DNA from: Tubiluchus corallicola
Taxonomy: Eukaryota > Animalia > Priapulida
Direction of reading: 5' to 3'
Assembly (NCBI GenBank): GCA_030141605.1
Contig: JAQGDQ010000042.1
Span: 186,001 to 250,000, forward strand
Length of the DNA: 64,000 nucleotides
Position numbers and translations under genes: made by a program. Below are positions 24,183 to 38,500 of this stretch, one piece after another. The notes below the pieces were generated by a model. That model did not search any database. It was not told the DNA's origin and saw nothing but the letters and a program-made list of their open reading frames with translations. Positions within the stretch are counted from its first letter, which is position 1; the number at the start of each line of letters is the position of its first letter.

Positions 24183-24608
24183 TTTAATTTTAGCGTATCG
24201 CTTGTCAGAAAGTTACAAAGCTGCTAAATCAACTCTGGCGTGTGAAGAAAGCGTCGGTTCAGGGCTCAATTTTTTCTGACTGAGTTTAAAAGCACAGATT
24301 GTAAGTGAAGTGCTACCTAAAGTTGGTGGTCACAATTTTCAAAACCCACAAAATCCTATATAGACCAAAAAATTGGCTGTCCCTCTCCAACACATGAAAA
24401 GAAGTAGCTCTTACTCTCATGTATGTGGCAAGGCTAACTAAGTGTATGCAGCCTTGCCTGAATTTTGTTTAGTTAAAAATCTTTAAATCTATGAATTACT
24501 GATATTTATTGAAGAGTAAGGTACTAAGTAAAGAGATCGCTTTTCGCAATATATGCTTTATAGGCGATGATGATTTAAGTGAAGAAGTCTGTGTAGTTGT
24601 GCATGCGG

Positions 24609-24826
24609 GGAAAAAACAGAAGTTCATGTCACTTAGGGTTACTTTGTTAAATCATAAAGCAGCAAATCTGAATACTTCATTTTAAAAAGTAGTCAGTATA
24701 ATTTTTCAATATTTTGTTTCGATGTGTTAAACTGTGTTATTGGAGAAAAGCAGAAATTCACGCAATTTAACGGTAACATTGCTAAATCAGAAAGTAGCTA
24801 ATTTGAATACTTTGTATTAAAAAAAG
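24609..24826. repeat. Diverged direct duplication (~80-bp block, ~133-bp period)
   Basis: ggaaaaaaacagaagttca...ctgaatacttcattttaaaaag versus ggagaaaagcagaaattca...ttgaatactttgtattaaaaaaag. Confidence 0.6.
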
Positions 24827-25394
24827 AGAAAAAGCGAAATATGTCAATAATCTGTAATATACCAAAGAAATTTATGTTGTTACCCTATTGGCAAGAACAT
24901 ATATATATATATATATAAATGAAAAGTCATCCATTTATCCAATTTATATCATGACAATAAAATTATTTACAAAACAACCCTGGAAAAATACAGTAAGCGT
25001 TATTGTATATTGTCATAAATTGTCGTTTAAATTTAGTGAACAGTTTTTAACTGTTATGGCTTCTCAGATTTTGATCTATTATTGTTTACTCCGTGTTCCA
25101 CATGAACAAATACAGAGTATCATGTAACCTATGTTGCATTCTGTATATATTCATGCAATATTTATATTTTTATTATCTGATGATATATACAGAACACACA
25201 CTCACTTATTATATTTCACATCACGATGCGCATCAGCTGTACACGCGCATAATAATTATCATTAAATCAATTACCTACAATCAACTGATATAGTTAGTGA
25301 TATTAATAATATAATCTGCCTGTGGTAAGGGATAGTCATGTAAAGTGTTTTGCTCCATAAAAGCGTTACAGGTGCGTTGTATGCATTAAATGTC

Positions 25395-25417
25395 TGACTG
25401 GCTGACTGACTGACTGA

Positions 25418-25454
<37 letters not shown>

Positions 25455-25670
25455 TGACTGACTGGCAGGCTGATGGACTGATTGTTTGTTGACTGACCGA
25501 CTAACTACTGACTGGTTCACTGATTGAATAACTGACTGACTTACCGACTGACTGGCTGGCTAACTGATTGACTGACTGACTGATTGAGAGTTGACTGCCC
25601 GCCTAGCTACTGACTCATTGACCGACCGACTGACTGGCTGGGTGGCTGGTTGGTTGGCTGACTGTTTGAC
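25395..25670. repeat. (ACTG/GCTG)n microsatellite
   Basis: Directly visible. Confidence 0.95.
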
Positions 25671-25695
25671 AATTACTAAAAATTCTAAAATAATA

Positions 25696-26246
25696 TGGAT
25701 GTTAGTTTAACTCAAATGTAGGTAAAAATGGCACAGGAATAAATGACACTGTAAAAATAGCACAGAAAAAAATGGCACAGGAAAAAATGGCACGATAAAA
25801 ATTGCACAGGAAAAATGGCATAAAGAGAAAAGTAGCTAAAATATACAAGTAAAATGGCACAGGAAAAATGGCACAAATGGAAAAGTAGGTAAAATGGCAC
25901 CGGAAAAATGGCCCAGGAAAAAATGCCGCGTATGGAAAAGTCGGTAAAAATGGCACACTTAGTAAAATATGAGTTAGGGTTAGGATTACCGTGGGGCGTA
26001 ATTTTTTACCTACTTATTTTGCGGAATCTTTTTGTCGGTTCTTTTCGAACTTCATCGAACACTACGTACAAAAAAACACTTCATGGAAGTTTCAAAGAAA
26101 TGTTTAGGACTCTCTCCACCTGGACAAGCAACGTACTACGAGTTAGTTCCAGTTCCATTTGGAGAGATTCTGGCTCGTGTAAAGCTGTCTATAACCTTGG
26201 CGTATTAATGTGTATAGTCTTATAAGGTTACTTGCTATGTAAATAC

Positions 26247-26284
<38 letters not shown>

Positions 26285-26757
26285 CCATCGACAAAATTAA
26301 TGATTAAAAAGGGTGAATAAACACTACGTGGAACATTCGTGCATCATTGATTATAAATCTATTTAATGAATAAATATAGACTTTTGCTAGTCTATATAAT
26401 ACCAATACGGCCATAACTTTATATATTTGCTTCTTTGTGTTAATTTTTTTTAATCAAAAGAATCAGACAAATAAGTTTAGGATTGTTTGGCTTTGGCAGA
26501 GATCTACTTCGTACTGAGCGCATTCTAGTTTTATTATAGAAATCAATTGCATCAATACAACATCTTTGCCATTTTTTCTACTTTTTTATTTGTGCCATTT
26601 TTTCCTGTTCCATTTTTACCTATTTTCCCAATTGTGCCATTTCTCCAGTGCCATTTTTGCCTGTGCCGTTTTTTCCTGTGCAATTTTTACTGTGCCATTT
26701 TGCCGTGCCATTTTTTCTGTGTCATTTTTACCGCACTGAACTCATCTGAAACTCATT
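25696..26757. mobile_element. Fold-back DNA transposon with long TIRs built from ~15-bp subrepeats (aaaaatggcacagg)
   Basis: Array ggtaaaaatggcacag at 25720-25960 and its inverse tgtgccattttt at 26565-26735; related termini; internal ttagggttagg and (TA)n. Confidence 0.8.
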
Positions 26758-27952
26758 AATCTGCTGTTTTGTTTGAAAAAGGTTGAGTATTTAATGATTT
26801 AGTAAATGATATTTCTATACGCAGTAAACAGTATGGAAAATGCTGTTGCAAATGTAAATCAAATTATGACTGAACTTTGATTGCGTCAGTATAACTTCCA
26901 AATCTTATTTTAATGTGTTAAACCTTTTGTGCTGCTTCCTTTTCTTATTTTTCTGCAATACATGCTTAGAAGATGTCCGGAGGCTCAGAAGAGTCATGGC
27001 TAAATGAGGATGCCAATATCTACAATTCGAAAAAAATTCATAAATCAAAATATTTAAAAAAACGATATGTTTTTATTACTTTAAATCTTTGAATGTTGAC
27101 AGTATTTACGAGCTTTTCTAAATTCTATGCATCATTTCTACTCAACAATGTTAGAAATTGTCCTCAGTACGCGTAATTTTAAATAGCTATTCCTTTTTGA
27201 AGTCAAAAACACATGTAATTCTACCGCTAAAAGCCATTGACATTTCAAAACAATTATAATGTGCATACGTAACTTTGGGTCATTTTTACAATAGAACCAT
27301 TAAATGTGCATTGCAATGTTATAATTGTGGCTCTGCATTGCCTTTACATTAGTTTTCACGAGTACGTAGCACTATGTTTATGATGAAAGACTTCGCATTT
27401 TAATCTGTTAAGAAAAAATTACCTTAGTTTTAAGTAAATAATTATGCGTTATATGATTCCTATCTAAAATAATTCAACGTGGAATCACATAGACAGGCAA
27501 ATAAAATAGTTGCCTGTCCACCACAGAGACACTAGACTTGAGTAAAGGATGTTTCAAATATTGACCGTTGACCTCACACCTATTACTCAAGGTCATTGAT
27601 TACTCAATCCTCTGACAATATAAGTTACACAATTTCCCTAAGTAGCCTAAGTTTTGTTACTCAGTTCTTGGTATTCTTTAGTTATAATCTTCTTAAATTT
27701 TGTGCTAACTAATTCATTTACTAACTATTGAAGAACTTTTAACCCAGCACAGTTGTTGAAACAAACAAAATTATTGTAGTTTTTGCTGGATCCCCGACAT
27801 CATCTGATAAAAATGCACATCGAAACAATTTGTATATGTATGTACTGTTTGTATACGCATTTCTGTATTCAGAAAAATGCAGGATTTTACAGAAGAACAA
27901 CTTCTCCCAAATCAACTTGTTATTCTAGTAGAGACATTACAAGTTGATTTCG

Positions 27953-28067
<115 letters not shown>

Positions 28068-30514
28068 ACCCACGGTTTCCAGTTTCTTTCGGCTACAAAT
28101 CACCCCACACAAGATTCCAACGAGGATGTATTTTTTTACATGGTGTTCAATTAGGAACCAAAAATGGGGCAATTTTTTACTCATTGGTGGAAGACCATGT
28201 ACGAAAACGTCCCAGTAGCGCTTGGCGGTGAGGAATGGGGTCTTGGAGGGAAATTTATAGCTAATTGGAAAGATGAGAAACCGCGCTACACGATGGCGTG
28301 GCTCTCTTTTACCACATCGACGACTGTACCAGGATAAAGGGCTACTAGTTAGTTTGGAAGTACATTATTTCCCAGGCGACCTTTGCAGCTACAAGCTATA
28401 TATTAAATTACCAACTCGTATCTTCAAATTTATGTAGTTTGTATATCAAGATTTGGGCTTGACCAAATGTGACTCCTAATCCTTGGTTGAATGTTATCAC
28501 TCGAAGACATTTAATATTCTTGCAGCTCGGCTTAGCAGATGTGCGCCATAACTATTGCCTCAGAATTGGATATTTGATTCGGTAAATGTATTGATTCATT
28601 CACCAAAGCCACACAAGCCACAGAAGTGACGTGCTGAATGCGATATGCAGATAATGAAAACAACTTCAAATGATATTGCTGCTAATCTTGCTTCGTCTTT
28701 GTAACCACTAGTGTAATGTATGGTAATTAAGGCCGGTTTATCTGAAGCTCTCCCATTCAGACAAACTGGTTCTCTAATCGTTGACAGCAGAAGATATAGT
28801 TGGCGTTCGGCTGCCTTCTCGGTAACAATTTTTCTTTAGATGGCTTTGTCGTCATCGTTCGACTGCATCGTGACTCAATGTGGTTAGTTGCCCCAATGTT
28901 GCATGTAGCACTACTGAAGAGTTGCTTCACCAAGATGTTCACCAACATTGTTGAATTAAGCTACTGAAAAAGTGTGATGTTATGACAAAACTTAGATTTA
29001 TGCAACACTGTGTGGAAAAGTGGGAACAGGCAACAAATTACGTGATGGGGTGTGATGAGAAAACAGTATATAAAATTACTGAATGGAAATTAAATATGTT
29101 CAAATTAAAATGTAATTATAAAAATAAGTGTACGAATACCAAACATTGCCATTTTCAACAGCAGACTAACAAACTGCAATATTTAAGTTACTGCCATTTT
29201 AATCGTTTTATGTAAGCTATTTTTTCTTTACAGTGTGTACTGTCTCTTCGTTTTAAGGTTCTTTTAATGTTTTTTAAGTTTTTAAGTTTATTCTCGTTTA
29301 ATGTTAAAATTTTTACTGCCCACGAATTTGTTTTGTAACTATGATTGTAAATATGTTGCAAATTACTTTATATTGTATTATATGGCCAGCATAAGTGCTA
29401 TGTGCCTGCTGCCATTTTCTTTTATAAAAATGTATTTTATAAATGTTCTTAAATAAAAAATCAAACAAAATAAATACTTGATGTGTCACTGCATGTGAAG
29501 GAGAGTGGTACACTACGTAGAAGAACTATGGAACATCTGTGGAAATGTGAGGTGTTTGAAAAAAACTAAAACTAAAAATGTTTGAAAATCATATAGCGAA
29601 CGAAGAAGAACTATGTTCAGTGAACACGAGCACATTAGTAAGCGTCAATGCTTGGATTAGACGAGTGATAAAAATAAACAGACATTATAGGGGAAAATGT
29701 ACAAGTGTAAAAATAGCAGCGTGACAGGGTACAGTTTTCTTTTTGGCTTGTTCCTTTATGATGTGAATATACAGGAGCCTGTTAGAAATATTAGTGTAGC
29801 CACTGTGAATCGCTTGAATCAGTCGTCAACATAAATTCACAGCCACTACTCTGCTTTTCGCCATCTTTACGATTTTATTTGCAATTACACAACAAAGGTA
29901 GGCTGACTGCTTTCTCAGTTTGTCGGTTCGTATGGATGTTAGAGTCAGCCCAATTTAAAGTTTCGAGTTAGAGACTTACCAAATCCATCATCAAACATGT
30001 AAAATAGTCGACGATTTCTTATACGATATTGGCGTATAGGTCCACATATCCGTCATTTATGCGTATATTGCCTTATTTGATTTGTTTTCTGACACAAAGA
30101 AACTGTGTGGAAAGTGCACGCATTATTGATTAACAGTGGTTGGGTAGTGTCAGACAGTAGTAGTCAGCCTAGTGATTAGGTTGCATAATGACAAATAATA
30201 CCAGGATTGATGAATGAGTGTTGATAATTATGAGATAGTATGACATCCGAGATTAACCTTTTCTCTTTGACGTTTTCAAAAAATGACGAACAGTCTCTGC
30301 CAAGAATGAACGTCGTCCGTATTCATAGAAAGATCGAGTTTGTTGGAAAAAATAAATGAAACATCACCAGTACGTATATTATTATAAACTTGTTTATTAT
30401 TTAGAGGAAACATTGAATGAAAAAGCCTAAAGTTGGATTAATAAAACTAAAAAACTGCTAAAACGTGTTTTTACTATGGTGTTCACTATAATATAGTTTT
30501 TACAATGGTGTTCA

Positions 30515-30752
30515 TTATAATAATAATAATGATCTTTATTTAAAGTCGAGTGTAGATTGACGCAAGCTCAGAGCGTTTGGCCCTCTGTACATAACAATTC
30601 TACAACTACGTAATAGAGACCGTTATTGCCCCACTTCCACCTAAGTACCACGCGCCAAGCAGGGCAACAGCAGGTACCATTCTTAGAGTCTTTGATATTA
30701 GTATCGAACTCACGATCTCCCACTCCGAATGCGGACACGTTATCACTAGAGT
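30515..30752 (-). mobile_element. tRNA-derived SINE with a MetaSINE-like central domain and (ATT)n tail
   Basis: Minus strand: tRNA-like head tagtgataacgtgtccgc...gagttcgatac; core atcaaagactctaagaatggtacctgctgttgccctgcttggcgc; AATAAA followed by (att)n. The MetaSINE assignment is from memory of the consensus. Confidence 0.75.
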
Positions 30753-33329
30753 GTACACTTTATTGTCGACTCTACGGCGCCGACTTATACAAAGACACTG
30801 AAAGAACGTTAATCTACGGCTACGCACATTAACTCAATCTTTTATTCGTCATCACAAAATAAAATAAGTGTGATACAACAGTAACCAACAAAAAATGAAA
30901 ATGTAAATTAACAATACGAAATAACGACCACAAAAGCAATAATCTTTTGTTACTCTCAAACTATCAATAATGTGACATAACAAATTCTATCTCAACAAGT
31001 CCATTGATAAACTAATCACATTTAATAAAGAAAGCGTTGCGCATACATCACTTCAAAACCGACTTTGCAATAGGGTAATTAACCGATTTCGTTAACCAAA
31101 CATAGTCCGTGTACGTTATAACGACTGGGTAATTACAGAATTTTTTTAGAAAACCTTCTTCCACAAATTGACTTGCACTCTTGTTATAGCATGCATGATA
31201 CCAAATTAATAGAAATGGCAACCAATGGGTTTTCTCACTTTCCTGTTTAGCTCAGCACAGAAGGTTCTAGAATCATGCAATAACGATCAACAATAACGCA
31301 AGGAGATTTCTGGAAGGAAGGAAAAAGAATGACATAAAAGTGTTCTAAAATTTTGGTGCTTTGAATAACAATTTTCGAAGCAGATGTAATGCTTTCCTTT
31401 GCAATCGTTTCATTCTTTTTTCTTGTTTTATCTCCAAACGTTTTTTATCTCTATTTTTCGTTTTTAAGGCTAAAGAACAGGCACACTTCGTGAGACTTCT
31501 ATATCAATATTAGCCATGTTTCTTAAGATATAAGACATTTGCTTGATCGTAACGTAGAAACTCTATTCGTGATAAAAGAAACATCTCCTTTTACATCGTA
31601 AGAGAGATTTAGCATTGTTTTTGTCTTAAAGTTTAATAATGTAAACAATTTGAACTACCACTATAGCTGCCAATGAATGCCTCAACACATGCGCGATTTT
31701 TTTAGGCCAAAATATTTGTGTTTCGTTTCAAAATTATTTGTCTACCTTTATTGCTTTGCCTATTTGTTTTCGTTATTCGTATCACCATTAAATTGTCCGT
31801 TCTGTGAAATTGTAACCAGCTAAACAAACGTTAATTCTTCATTGTGTAGAACTGAAGAAGCATAAATTACGTTATTATTTGGCTCGTCAAACTACTTTTA
31901 AACTTTTTACGTGATTACTCGTTGTTTTTGCATTATTTTTCACGTTGCATAACATTTAAATGTCGTCAAAGAGAACTCTCTTGTAATGTTACGTAAAAAT
32001 AAATATTTAAAGTCATCATCATCATCATCGTCGTCGTCGTTGTCATCGCCATCATTATCATTGATGTATTTGGGTTTTTTCACTTCTCGTTCTATATTTC
32101 TTGTTTCACAACCGTTTGTTTCTACTTCATTCATCTTCTCTGTCATAATTAACACTATGATTGTCACTCTCTCCACCAACCCTATCGCCGTCACTTTTGT
32201 TTTGGTTACCAACATGTACAATGGCAGCATTAAAGGAATGAAATGGAAGGCTTTTAGCTTTTTCCCTTTTTTTTCGCTTGCGCGAATTATTTCACAGAGC
32301 TTATGAAACTTTTATGACACGAGTATAATTTAGCTAGAAATTGCACGCGGCTATACATTTGCAAAACGTGCCGAATTTTCAAGCTTTAATGCAATAGCAG
32401 CAAACGAAAACAAAAGGAAGCGCTTTTTACGACCCTGCGTTCCATTCCCTGTATCTCGGACACGGTGGTATGTCAGCAAATAGTTCAATTCGTCTTAAAC
32501 GCTAACCGTTTTATCCGATTGCTTAACGGCCATTATCGGCAGACGAATTTAGAAGAGCAGACGTTGAGCGGCGCCACCATCGAATACATTACCGAAAATA
32601 TGTACGGGCGAGTGTTTTCAATAGAATTTATTCTGAGTATTATTGTTTTAGCAAACTTACTAGTGGGTGTTGAAATAATTGCTTCGTTTCTTCGCGGACA
32701 CGCCCTGCTGAAGTTAGAGAGAAGCCAGTTCGGATGTTCTCGAACGATCGATGGTTAGTTTAGTGTTGAGCGCCTCTGCATTTAGTTTAAACTCGGCTGC
32801 TGTACTTTTCACACTTCACAGTTCTATATACTGCATGTGCAAGCAGCGCCGCCGTAATTTACAGTCATTAAAATCTCGGAATAGTGATTAGGGCTAAAGA
32901 AGTAATTAAGGAATTCGATCTATGATTGATGATGATTGCAATGTATGTTGGCAAATACGTCGCCTCGTTAATTCTGTAATTCTAAGAAAGATGATCAACA
33001 TTAACCATAATAAGTTAAAAACTGTTTCATCAGTGAATTCATTATTATTAAAGTATAGCCCTTCCTGAAATGTTTTCCTGTTCTCTACACATATTGTATC
33101 ATCAGTCTTTGAGATGAAAATGGGAATTTGAATAAAGCAAGCATTGAAAAAAGAATAGTTTTTAACAATTTAAATGAGTAACGGTTACTGATAGTTGGCT
33201 ATTGAGATTCTGTTTTTCTTTATACGATATAAATATGACGGCATGACTGTCCATTTTACTTACCAATGACCGATGTCCAATCTATGCATGTCACATCGCG
33301 ACATGTGTACGAAGACAACTGCTTGCGGG

Positions 33330-33660
33330 AAAGAAAAATAAGTAAATAAGGACGAAAAAGCAGAAAAAACAAGTAGACATCTTTTCTGCTCTTTTTTTTC
33401 CTGCCTGCTTAGCTGATTCTTTTTTCTTTCTTCCCTTTCTTTTTCTTTTCTTCTTTGTCCTTCTTCTTCCCATTCTTTACTTTTTACTTATTCTTTGTGG
33501 TTTGTTTTCTGCTCTTTTCTCCTTCCTGTTCTTCGATTCTTTCCTTATTTCCTCTTTCATTTCTTTCTTTTATTCCTTTCATCCTTGTTTTTTATTTTTT
33601 ATTTTTTTCGTTTTTCTCCTCCTCCTTTGCATTTATTGAAGCTCTTTTTTCCATTTCATT
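33330..33660. repeat. Polypyrimidine (T/C-rich) low-complexity tract
   Basis: Directly visible. Confidence 0.85.
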
Positions 33661-33849
33661 TTTGAAGATTGCTACGATTTCTAGATAAACCAGATTTGAA
33701 AAATGCAAAATCTGACTAATTAAATAACGAAAACAATTGATTCACAAGGATCATTGGTGATTTCAAACATTTTTATTGCAGTAACATGAATACTGATATT
33801 GACAAAAGCTCACCAGAGAGAAGTCTACTTATTGTCTTTTTTCAACTTT

Positions 33850-33915
33850 TATGGTGTGCTTTTATCTGGTGGGCTTTTGTCTAGTGTGTTTTTATCCGTG
33901 AGCTTTTATCGTATG
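33850..33915. repeat. ~15-bp subrepeat array (gtgggcttttatcy), probable fold-back element end
   Basis: Four adjacent degenerate copies. Confidence 0.5.
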
Positions 33916-35089
33916 ACTTGAACACCCATCTAGTTCATGTGTACCGATAGCTGGCGTCAGAAATCAGCATAATGATTTTTTGGAAAAAAGAACCCACTCA
34001 TGTAAACACTTGCTACTTAATTCGCAAGGTAATGTGTTCTACATCTAGGTTGCAGGTGCCATTTAACACACTCATAAAGAAATTACTTCCATCGTGATAA
34101 TAGTAATCAGTTGCACTGGGGAGTGAGACTAGCAATTTGCTTCCAATCACTCTCTCAACAATAGGGGCGTAACGAGTTTCATTTGACTGATAGGGTTTGT
34201 TCGCCGGCCATATGCAAATAAATGATTAACAAGAAGCGTCCTTGCTGGCTGCATCCGTAAGTAGATACATTTCACATCGATTCGTCTTAGCATATTAATG
34301 GATCGTATAATAAGACTCCATCTTGGAAATGAAAGCGAACCAATCGTATCCACATACCAAGAGCAATAATGATCGAAGACGATTACACTCCTGGTAACCG
34401 CTAATGTGAGACTGGCCGCCTTTTAGTACGAAGAAATAATGGAGGTTTGTTATTATCACAAATAAAGCAAGTAAAATATTTTTGTATAAGAATTCGTTGA
34501 GCTTGAGAAGCCTATCGGTACATTTAGAGCCGGTCGCTTTGAAATAAAGACGCTTTGGGTCGAACAAGATAAAGAAACGTTGGCCGAGAAAGAGGGCGTA
34601 TTTTGAGTGAAATTTATCGAGCGATTTCTAAAAACTTTCTTTTTTCCCGTGTCACTCGGTTTACACCTAACTGCAAGACAGATATGTTCATTCAGTAAAA
34701 ATGAATACCAGAATATCCTCAAAGCTATGTAAATCCAGGTTCAGCGTATCTGGTAAAATGGATATTGTACGGGCGACTATCATGACGTCACATGTAGCAT
34801 TGGGGAAAATTGGTTTGCTTACAAGTTCTTCTATATTTTCTCAGATCATAGATTGAAACAGGATGATGTATACCAAAATTTTTGCCAAGAGTTTTGCATT
34901 TTTTTCCGTAATCCTTTTTACTGTGGTAAAAGGAGCGTTATATCAAATGGCGCAAAAGGTTTTGGTCACGATATTCAAAGAAGAAATCAATGGAATCACA
35001 CTAATGTTACAGACGCCTATCTATAAACGTCAGAAAATTAGGCCATTCCTTCAGATCCAAAAATACAAAAATTTGAAAATAAACGAATG

Positions 35090-35555
35090 CTTTTCTTCCA
35101 GTACTCGATACAGTTGCTCACTTCTTTAAAGCTAGTTTGTCTACACTCAGCAACTCTTGCCTCTAGTTTCTCTGTATCAAACAGCGCTGTGCGGCCGTCA
35201 TACACTTTCTCTTCAAACAAATTTCAAACACCACTATCCAGAACAAATCTTAATCAGTGCTTTATTTTCTGTGGTGAAGGCCATGATATAAACTGGTTGA
35301 TTTCTTAATTGTTCTGCTGCCACGTATTGAGCGTTTTATACGTCACCGAGCGTGGCTGTTTTTCAGTGATGATTAGCTGACATTGTTCTTGCATTTAAGT
35401 TTTTACTTTTTAACATGCAAACTTTCGGCCGTAACTTGTAAGCTTCACAGCAAAAAACTAAGAATTACAAACTGCAAAAAATCAACTTTGTAGAGCACTT
35501 GCTTTTCATATCGTTGTAGACTAAATTTCGGGATATTTTTTGCATCACTCGGTAT
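35090..35555 (-). mobile_element. Degenerate Tc1/mariner (maT/DD37D-like) element: left end plus transposase N-terminus
   Basis: Minus terminus TA-TACCGAGTGATGCAAAAAATATCCCGAAA; TATAAAA; broken frames MAFTTENKALIKIC / FEEKVYDGR / QRN*RQ..SVDKL..K*ATVSSTGRKA resemble mariner N-termini. Confidence 0.5.
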
Positions 35556-38500
35556 AATCTGTGATATAATTTATGATTTATTTTAATAATTATAGTATCA
35601 ACTTATAATTGATATGTTATTAAATCGAGCTCGAATGGATTTATTTAAATTTTACAGGCTGAGAGAATGAAATGGTTCATTGTTTATTTATTAATTAATT
35701 AAGCTAACCATAGTATTTTTATACTATTTGCTTGGCACCGCTACCCTTTCCCATATATATCAGCCACATATCTCTCTCTCTCTCTCACGTCTCTCTTTCT
35801 TTCTCGGTCCCCAGTTTAAACCATCACATCACATCTCATTCATTTTTTTATTTTTGTAATAACAAACAAATAAAATTTTATTGCGTAGAGTTGTGGCGTG
35901 TGATGTCGTGTCGTGTCGCGTCGTGCGAGGTGTGCACGCTACACCATGGACGTCCTACACCTTCATGTCACGTTATTTTATCTCACTTTTCCCCTTCTCT
36001 TCACATTCCATGACGCCAATCCTATATTTTACCGCCTCGTGCCTTCCCTCTCAGCCTTTCCGTTTTCAAGTGCACATCCAGCCGCATAACGTCTTTTTGT
36101 CTAGAGCATTCAAGGTCTATACTTTAAATTCAACTCATCATTTTATGTCATTTTTAAGTTAAATAACCTACTGTCGTGCTAATTTAATGTAATTCAAATC
36201 GATTCAGATTGAAAAGCGTAATGCAAGCAAGCTGATCGTCGCCTAATTTAATCCTTTTATGTATTATGTATGTTCTCCGTAGATGAGCCGATTACAAGCA
36301 AAAATTTGGTTGTTCCGTGAAACTACATCTGTTATCTCTCATAGTTTCTCATTTTCACATTTCAGTTTGCTGAGGGTTAATGCTTCTCGCGTTACGCATA
36401 TGAAACCGACAATATTTGACAAAGAAGCTATGCAAATAAATGGCGTATGAACGGCAATAAATTGCTAGAGCAAGCTGTCAGGATCAACAATAAAGTATAA
36501 AAATGCTATCACCGCCTTTGTTGTAATGTTTCCCATTTCCCTGGTCATTTCAGCGAATTTATGTTAGAACTGTGTTTTAAAAATCTTACCTATTTATTTA
36601 TTTATTTATTCAGTTATTTATTTTCATTTATTCTATCCACCTACGCAAAGTAAATTATTAAACAAATAAAAATTATAGGTCAGCAAATACTAATATTGCT
36701 CCAAAACTTTTATGGCTGCATTCCATTTCAAAACAGTAAAAGCCAATTAATCGTATGTTACGATGAATTAATGGAGGTTTTCATAAATATCTCAAAATAC
36801 ATATTCAGCTATTTCACCAAGTACAATCACAAAAATCAGCACACTAGATAATTAAACTTATGTGGATTATATTAAAATAGATTTATTTGCACCAGATACA
36901 GTAACTTAAAACATACAAGTAATAACAACTAAAAGTATCAGTCTAAAACAGTTTTTCAAGTTCAAGATGAAAGAGACTGTTTAACTTTATCTGACAAAAA
37001 TAAGAGGCCTTAATTAACTAATTACTTGTCCACTGATATAGGTAAATTGTATAGATAATATCCACCAGCTTTAAAATTACAAACATACACACTTGATCAA
37101 AACCGTGGCCAGAACAGATTTTATGCTGATCATCAACTCTTACTTTTCTCCATAAACTCACAGTATTTATCCGAGTCTAAAATAACGGACCTTCTTGCGA
37201 GATGCAGTATTAACCAAAGAACTCTAAATTAAAAAAATATTAGCTCTGACATCCGAAGTCAAACGAATCCATAATCAATCGTGTAACACAAAACTGGAAT
37301 GCATTAATTAATAATAATTACTTCTTTATCGTTTCTTAGTTCATTCATTGCAGTTGTGATCTCGTTTATTCCAGGCATCCCCAATTATTATCATGTTCAA
37401 GAAAATTAAGGTTGTTGCATCAGTGTAAGTTCCTCAATAATAAGAAAAAGTAATTGACAAGACATTGTTTCTTAACCGTGGAAACAAGAATGTTAAAAAT
37501 ATGATTCAGGGGATAGTAAATTAAAATAAAACACACTAAAATTTCAGCGCCTAACTGGTGTCATCATCTAACTGCATAGTGGTATGACCTAACTGTATTT
37601 CTTATTTCTATTTTTTCTATTTTTATAGCGATATGTTCATAAAACTAGTTAACGAGGCAGCAAGTATTTCTGCTGCGACTTAAAGCACTTTTGTTGGCAT
37701 CTGATTATGTCTTTTTCTTCTTTCGCATTTAATTGAATAGGCCACCGTTTTTCACGTTATACACATATAAAGCAAATTGCCAAGTGTTCGTTCCTCTGGT
37801 GTTATCTGTAATAGCAACTATAGAATCGCTGGTGTCTTTCTTAGAGTAGCACTTGCACTCTTTAGTGTTTTTAATAGCTGGTTTTCCCCAATAGCTGCAA
37901 CAATATTTGATCGTTGAATATTATACATACTTTCAGTATAAGTACAGAGATAATTTTGCTACTCTCTCAATTCTAAATATGCCCGGGTAGGTTACCCTCT
38001 ATTCAATAGAAAGGGCCAAGCCGTTTTCCAAAAGAACGACAGTTTGGCATTAGGCATCAAAATACTTTTGATTGCTTGGTGTCTTAGATTATAGAACTTG
38101 TTTCAATGTTGGCTATATTTACATCACTTTTACGGACTCGCATCATTATTTCATTAATATTTGTGCCGACAAGTGGCTAACAGGAAAGCTACTAACTAAA
38201 TCACCGAGACGTTATTCACTAGCTCATAGCTCTTTCAAATTAAATCGAGATTTATTTTACACTCTGATTTTGAATTGCGACACCACAATTAGTCACTATG
38301 GCAAGAGTCATTGAAACTAATATTATATTGAAATTCAAAAGATATTTGACTGAAATACCAGATGACATACATTAAAAATTTTCATTGAGTGGCGTCATCT
38401 TCATTATATCAAGGAATCGCCGATGAGGGTGACGAACGAGTGAAAAAGTCTGCCTGTCAGACGCGCCATCTATGTGAAATTAGCGAACGTCTTCCGAAAA

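Noticed and set aside
34147-34722. Three overlapping minus-strand ORFs
   Set aside because: No recognisable motifs in any frame.
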